From NCBI RefSeq assembly GCF_004010195.1, contig NC_057720.1, forward strand, positions 20,419,293 through 20,457,082: DNA of 37,790 nt. The letters are read 5' to 3'. The translations under genes were made by a program, and so were the position numbers. The notes beneath the pieces are model-generated. The model did no database searches. It was not told the origin of the DNA and saw nothing but the letters and a program-made list of their open reading frames with translations. This document shows positions 31,894 to 37,790 of this stretch, piece after piece (within the stretch, counting starts at the first letter, position 1; each line of letters opens with the position of its first letter). This DNA comes from Chiloscyllium plagiosum (taxonomy: Eukaryota).

Positions 31894-33921
31894 GTTCTAC
31901 AGGCCTCCCAACAGTGAGCATGAGATAGAAGAACAAATAGGAAAACAGATTATGGAAAGATGTAGAGGCAACAAGGTGGTGGTAATGGGATATTTTAATT
32001 TTCCCAACATTGACTGGGATATACTTAGTGTCAGAGGTCTGGATGGGGCAGAATTTGTAAGGAGCATCCAGAAAAGTTTTCTAGAGCAGTACGTCAATAG
32101 TCTGACAAGGGAAGGGGCCATATTGGACCTGGTGTTGGGGAATGAGCCAGGCCAGGTTGTAGAAGTTGCAGTGGGGGATTTCTTTGGGAATAGTGTCCAC
32201 AATTCTGTAAGTTTTAGAATATTGTAAACAAAGAGGAGAGTGGTCCTAAGGGAAGACTACTAAACTGGACCAAGCCAATTATATTAAAATTCGGCAGGAG
32301 CTGGGAAATGTGGATTGGGAGCAGCTATTTGAAGGGAAGTCCACGTTTGATATGTGGGAAGCTTTCAAAGATAGGTTGAAGATAGTGCAGGATAGGCATG
32401 TCCCATTGAAAACAAGGGATAGGAAGGGCAAGAGTCATAAACCGTGGCTGACAGGAGAAATTGTGCGACTAGCCAAGAGGAAAAGGGAAGCGAACATAAG
32501 GTCCAGGCAGCTAGGAACAGAACTGGCCCTGGAGGAATATCGGGAGAGTAGGACTGTCTTAAACGAGGAATCAAGCGGGCTAAAAGGGGCCATGAAATAG
32601 CTTTAGCATGCAGAATTAAGGAGAAACCCAAGGCCCTGACAGATGTCTTTGTAGCAGCCTTAAACACAGGTGAGGTGCCAGAGTACTGGAGAGTTGCTAA
32701 TATTGTCCCCCTGTTCAAGAAGAGTGGCAGGGATATTCCAGGTAACTATAGACCAGTGAGCCTGATGTCGGTGGTGGGAAAGTTGCTGGAGAAGGTACTG
32801 AGGGGTAGGATCTATTTATATTTGAAAGAGAATGGGCTCATCAGTGATAGGCAACATTGCTTTGTGAGGGGGAGATCATGCCTTACCAACTTAATACAGT
32901 TATTTGAGGAAGTGACCAAATTGATAGACGAAGGCTATAGATGTCATATACATGGACTTTAGTAAAGCATTTGATAAGGTTCCCCCATGGGAAACTAATG
33001 GAGAAAGTGTAGTCACATGGTGTGCAGGGTGTTCTAGCTAGGTGGATCAAGAACTGGTTGAGCAACAGGAGACTGAGAGTAGTAGTTGAAGGGAGTTTCT
33101 CAAAATGAAGAAAGGTGACCAGAGATGTTCCACAGGGGTCAGTGTCTCTGTTGTTTGTGATACACATAAATGATCTGGAAGAGGGCATTTCCAGCATTTT
33201 CTCTTTTAGAGCCAGACCTGCTGAGATTTTCAAGCATTTTCTCTTTTACCTCTGAAGGCAGCTGCAGAGGTGGATAGAGTGATTATGAAGGCATTATGCT
33301 TGCCTTCATCGGACAGGGTATTGAGTATAAGAGCTGGCAGGTCATGTTAAAATTGTATAAGACTTTGGTTCGGCCACATTTAGAATACTGTGTACAGTTC
33401 TGGTCGCCACATTACCAAAAGGATGTGGACACTTTGGAGAGGGTGCAGAGAAGGTTGACGAGGATGTCGCCTGATATGGAAGGTTCTAGTTGTGAAGAGA
33501 GGTTGAGTAGGTTAGGATTGTTTTCATTAGACAAGAGGAGATTGAGGGGTACATGATTGAGGTGTACTAAATCATCAAGGGTATAGCCAGGGACACAAGC
33601 TTTTTCCCAGGGTGAAGGATTCAATAACGAGAGGTCATGCGTTCAAGATGAGAGGAGAAAATTTTAAGGGGGATACACGTGGAAAGTACTTTACACAGAG
33701 GGTGGTAGGTGCCTGCAATGTGTTGTCAGCAGAGGTAGTAGAGGCAGGCACGGTAGATTCATTTAAGGGGTGTCTGGACAGATGCATGAGTAGGTGGGGA
33801 GCAGACGGATACAGATCTGTAGGAATTAGGCGACGGGTTTAGACAGTGGATTTGGATTGGCACAAGCTTGGAGGGCTGAAGGGCCTGTTCCTTGTAACGT
33901 TTCTTTGTTCTTTGTTCTTTG
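31894..33921 (+). pseudogene. CR1 ORF2 (APE endonuclease C-half + RT) and 3' tail, with stops, frameshifts and deletions
   Basis: FYRPPNS..VVVMGYFNFPNIDW..AILDLVLGNEP; PEYWRVANIVPLFKK..GNYRPVSL; RSCLTNL; DFSKAFDKV; VPQGS; LYKTLVRPHLEYCVQFWSP; (TTCTTTG)n tail. Short Penelope-type insert at ~33188-33250. Confidence 0.93.
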
Positions 33922-34982
33922 TACCAGAAGTATGTTCTCAGTTTCTAGCCTCAAATATTTCTTCCTGCGGGAGACCAAAAAGAGCAGGGTTTCAATGAGA
34001 TAATTAAGTCTGCTGTTTTGCAGAACAATCAAAGTTTTGAGCTACATTCTAATAGGAAGAGCAATTCTGCAATGGAGTGTAATATGTTGCTACCTTACAT
34101 GAGGGGATCATGGCTGAAAACTTGATCCAGTGCCTATGTTAGTGCCAGCAAGTTGTCTGAGTTCGACAGCCCACGGCAGGAGGACAGTTCATGATCAGGC
34201 CAACTCACTGAGCTTACTGAGCATAATCATTTCACTAATCCTTTTTCACAAAAACATGTCACTCAAATTGCAAGTAGACCTCTCAAAACTAGGCAAGTGA
34301 GCATTTAAAGCTGTCATTGTTAACTCTAACCAAAATCATGTTGATATACAGGCATTTCTGTAAGTTAGGAAAAATCACAATTTTTTTTGAAACCTTTGTA
34401 TGCAGTGTTCCTATAACAGCTGATGACTCTATAATAATAATTGATATATGCATCAATCGTTGGTGTTGAGGAGATGTTGTTTACTTAAGGGTGAGTGAGT
34501 TGGACATCGTCTTCAACACAGGGAAGCAGGAAAGGTCAGTCCAAATGCTCTTTAAAGAACTTCTGCCAAAGAGCTTTGGCCAGCAGCCCTGATACCTGAA
34601 CATCTATTCCTTCAACATTGTCAATGTTTTCTTTCAAATCTTCTGCTATGTGTGTCCTTTGTTGCCGATTAAAATTAATGTTGCAGAGAGTTAATCATTA
34701 TCATATGGTATCTACTATCTTAGGGGAGGCCGCCAGGTCAGTCCTCACTTTGGAATTATTATTTGACAATTTGATAGGTCTGCTTGCTAAGAGTTAGTAT
34801 TGACTCTCAGGTCTAATGTTCTGAAGAAGTGTGGATTCCTAAAAGGAGCCAGGAGTCTAATTCTGCAGGAGTTGTCTTCCTTGTCTCCTAGCTGTCAGCC
34901 TTGCACTTGCTGTGCAAGCTTAAAGAGTTTGGGATTGAGGATTTAAGAATCAGGTGAGCTGCCAGAAAAGTTTACAACCCTT

Positions 34983-35190
34983 GACTAAGGACTAGGAGAA
35001 GGAGTAGGCAATTCAGCCCCACGAGCCTGTTCTGCCATTTAATATGATCTCATTTTGGCCTCAACTCCAGGTTGCTCCCTATTACTTTTTAACCCATTAC
35101 TAATTACATTTCTGGCTTTCTCCTCCTTACATTTACTGAGTGTCTCAGTTTCTACTACATTCTGGGGTTTAAATTCCACAGATTCACGAT
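34983..35190 (-). mobile_element. CR1 3' end, degenerate
   Basis: 'ggagtaggcaattcagccccacgagcctgttctgccatttaata', 'aattccacagattcac'. Confidence 0.75.
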
Positions 35191-35231
35191 ATGTGATGTT
35201 CTGCTGGTCATCACAAACTTGCTGCCAATTA

Positions 35232-35405
35232 CAGAGAAACCTCGATTATCCGAAGGACACAGGCGGGGTGTATTTTGTTCAGTTAATCGAACTCCAGATA
35301 ATCAAAAGCTGGATAACATTGTTCAGCCAAGCATTGGGACTTTGCGATTTTGCTGGATAATCCAATATTCGGATAATTGAATGCCGGATATTCAAGGTTT
35401 CTCTG
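35232..35405. mobile_element. Tigger-type MITE (174 bp)
   Basis: TIR CAGAGAAACCTCGATTATCCG versus right-end reverse complement CAGAGAAACCTTGAATATCCG (19/21). TA TSD at 35230-35231 and 35406-35407. Confidence 0.9.
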
Positions 35406-36144
35406 TAATAGATTGGATGTTCTTTATGGTTCATGAAGGCATTGGGTAATGTCAATGATCCCAGGTGGAGATGGAAACCACGGCAACAATCAGCTGGTTC
35501 AGCTACTGACTGTTTCAAAGTACAAATGGGGGACAGCAACAGGAAAATCCCCTTTCACTGTTCCCTTGGCCAATTATGAATTGCGTGCCATGGTGGGCTA
35601 GACACTGTCCTTTCTAATTTAGAATCTAGGCATAACTGAAGCTCCAGCAAAGATTGTTGGCAGTGATCTGGGGTGTTATCGGTAAAGATATGTTAGTGCT
35701 CCTCAACGCAAATATCGTTTTACAAAGCTTTTTATATGATACAGGTTTTCCTGTTCACACTTCAAGATAATGAAAGGCTGAAGGTTAATAAGTAAAAGCT
35801 CATTTCAATGTATTGCAGTTCCTTACAATGTATTGCAAGTGAGGCTCAGACCACTTGGCCCCGTAGGCCCATGATAATGTTCGTGTCCCTCCTGACCCTT
35901 TTGCTTATTTATGTCAATTAATGAATCTTACTTCTCCTGTATTATTTATCTTTTCCCCAAATTTGTCAATGCTTATTGATTGAACTGTGGTGTCAAATTC
36001 CACTATTCTCTGGTTAAAGAAGTTTGTCCTGTATTCGCTATTAGATTTATTAATAACTGCTTTATATATATCTCCACTGTAAAGTTTTTATTTTCTCTTA
36101 TTCTTCAATAGAATGTGTTGGTCATTAGCTGGAACACCATCATA

Positions 36145-36467
36145 GGGTGACACGGTGGCTCAGTGGTTAGTGCTGCTGCCTTATAGTGCCAGGGATCCAA
36201 GTTTGATTCCTGCCTCAGGTGGCTGTCTGTGTAAGGTTTGCACATTCTCCCTGTGTCTGTGTTGGTTTCCTCTGGGTGCTATGGTTTTGTCCCACAATCC
36301 AAAGACGTGCAGGTCAGATGAATTGGCCATTCTGAATTGCGCATTGTGTGAGGTGCATTAGTGAGGGGTAAATGTAGGGGAATGGGTCTGGGTGAGTTAC
36401 CCTTCCGAGGGTCAGTGTGGACTTGTTGGGCCAAAGGGTCTGTTTCCATACTGTAGGTAATCTAATC
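36145..36467 (+). mobile_element. HE1-type V-SINE, full length
   Basis: A box TGGCTCAGTGG, decayed B box, V domain, tail 'aagggtctgtttccatactgtaggtaatctaatc'. Confidence 0.92.
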
Positions 36468-36496
36468 ATTCATTGGTTTTCCCTGATTGTCGTCAC

Positions 36497-36660
36497 TGAA
36501 AAGTGTGGAGCTCGAAAAGTACAGCAGATCAGACTCCGAGCATCTGAGGAACAGGAAATGTCAATTCTCCTGCTCCTCAGATGCTGCCTGACCTGCTGTG
36601 CTTTTCCAGCTGCACACTTTTCAACTCTGATCTCCAGCATCTGCAGTCCTCACTTTCTCT
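36497..36660. mobile_element. Penelope-type short element with inverted partial copy (fold-back)
   Basis: Left arm 36497-~36557 is the reverse complement of ~36567-36623. Confidence 0.75.
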
Positions 36661-37699
36661 CTTGCCCTGATTATCCTTAAGAAGGTAGTGGTGAACTGCC
36701 TTCTTGTACCACTGCAGCAGAAACCCTTTCACTACATCTACCCTACCAAATCCTTTCATGAAGCCTCTGCCCGATCATCCTTCAATCTCTTTTTGAGAAT
36801 TAAGAGCCCCTGCCTATTCAATGTTCCCTGATATTGTACATATCGTTTCTGCAATAATCACCTTCTAGTACTCTTTCTCCAGTACCTGCTTCTATATTCT
36901 TCTTTATGATGTTTAGAACTGTTACACACAGTTTGGTCTAACCAAGTTTCCGTACAATTTAGAACATTACTGATGTTTCAATGCGCTGCAAATACATTAT
37001 CTATTGTGATGTGGACTGTATCATTTCTGTTAAGTCCAAAATGCTTCTGTTTTCCCCCACTCTGTTTACTTATGATCTGATGTTCTTATTCCCTGCAGAT
37101 AATTCTTTGAAAAAATCACTCTAAGTTGTGGGCAGTGTTGAGTATAGCAGTGGCCTCTCTCACAAAGCAAAACATGACACAGCGGGTGGGCGGAAGCTTT
37201 AAACAGAAAAACAACCATGCAGCCAAATTTACAATTAGCCATCTACAGTCAAACCTACGAATAATCCTTTTTAGTTAGACCCACACATAATCCTTACTAT
37301 CATCTTCTCTACAAATCAAGGTAATCAGCACATTTTTAACTAATAGTTGGTGTCTGATTTTATGATACTATCAAATAAGGATGGAAAGTATTTGGAATGC
37401 ATTGTGGCGTACTTCACTGGCTGTGAAACATGTTGAGACATCCATTATACTTTACAAAACTACACCATACAAGTATGTAGCCAGGCCAACAGGAAAATAT
37501 GTGGAACTAATTGAACCACTCTTTCACAGGGCTGTGTAAAGATTGCATCTTATTTTACATTTGATTGTGGACTGAACTGAGAAAGAACTGTTGATGACAA
37601 GGGACTGAAGAAGTAATTGCTGCACTTATAAAAAGCAAGCTCTCATTATAAGTTATGCTTACACTGTTGCTTTGCAAGCAGTGGGAATAATGTAAATAA

Positions 37700-37790
37700 C
37701 TGGAATTACTATACATGAATGCACGAAGCATTAGAAATAAGATGGATGAGCTTGAGGCTCTTTTGGAAATTGGCAGATACGATATTGTGT
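37700..37790 (+). mobile_element. CR1 ORF2 endonuclease N-terminus (runs off window)
   Basis: LELLYMNARSIRNKMDELEALLEIGRYDIV. Confidence 0.85.

Noticed and set aside
34540..34680. Minus-strand protein-like stretch THIAEDLKENIDNVEGIDVQ
   Set aside because: Poor acceptor, flanking stops and no recognised homology.
36145..36215. tRNA gene-like A/B boxes (also at 2648, 19600-19663, 22930-23290, 29585)
   Set aside because: These are SINE heads continuing into SINE bodies, without an intact cloverleaf.

Overview
This is repeat-dense, essentially non-coding vertebrate DNA, almost certainly from a shark or other elasmobranch. The evidence is HE1-type V-SINEs, HER1/CR1 LINEs and a SacSINE1-like DeuSINE, all recognised from memory rather than by database search. 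I could not identify a host gene. The window holds about 20 CR1/HER1 LINE fragments, an L1 3' end, an RTE fragment, a Penelope (GIY-YIG) insertion with an 11-bp target-site duplication (TSD), and several Penelope-type short elements with minimal hammerhead-ribozyme motifs. It also has an internally deleted Tigger/pogo transposon, a Tigger-type MITE, one complete solo LTR and one partial LTR. A 500-N gap precedes two abutting tandem arrays (23-bp unit, ~1.45 kb; 32-bp unit, ~5.2 kb), which generate all the long Cys/Gly- or Pro/Ser-rich ORFs as artefacts. The most notable structures are: (1) the double satellite ending in a hairpin and LINE-5'-end-like cap; (2) a CR1 with 5'UTR+ORF1 inverted against ORF2, the geometry of twin priming; (3) a fragmented HER1 with a locally copied segment between 298-bp direct repeats; (4) a head-to-tail trimer of a ~140-bp tRNA-derived unit; (5) hammerhead motifs showing stem-II covariation. 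Boundaries of old elements are approximate.
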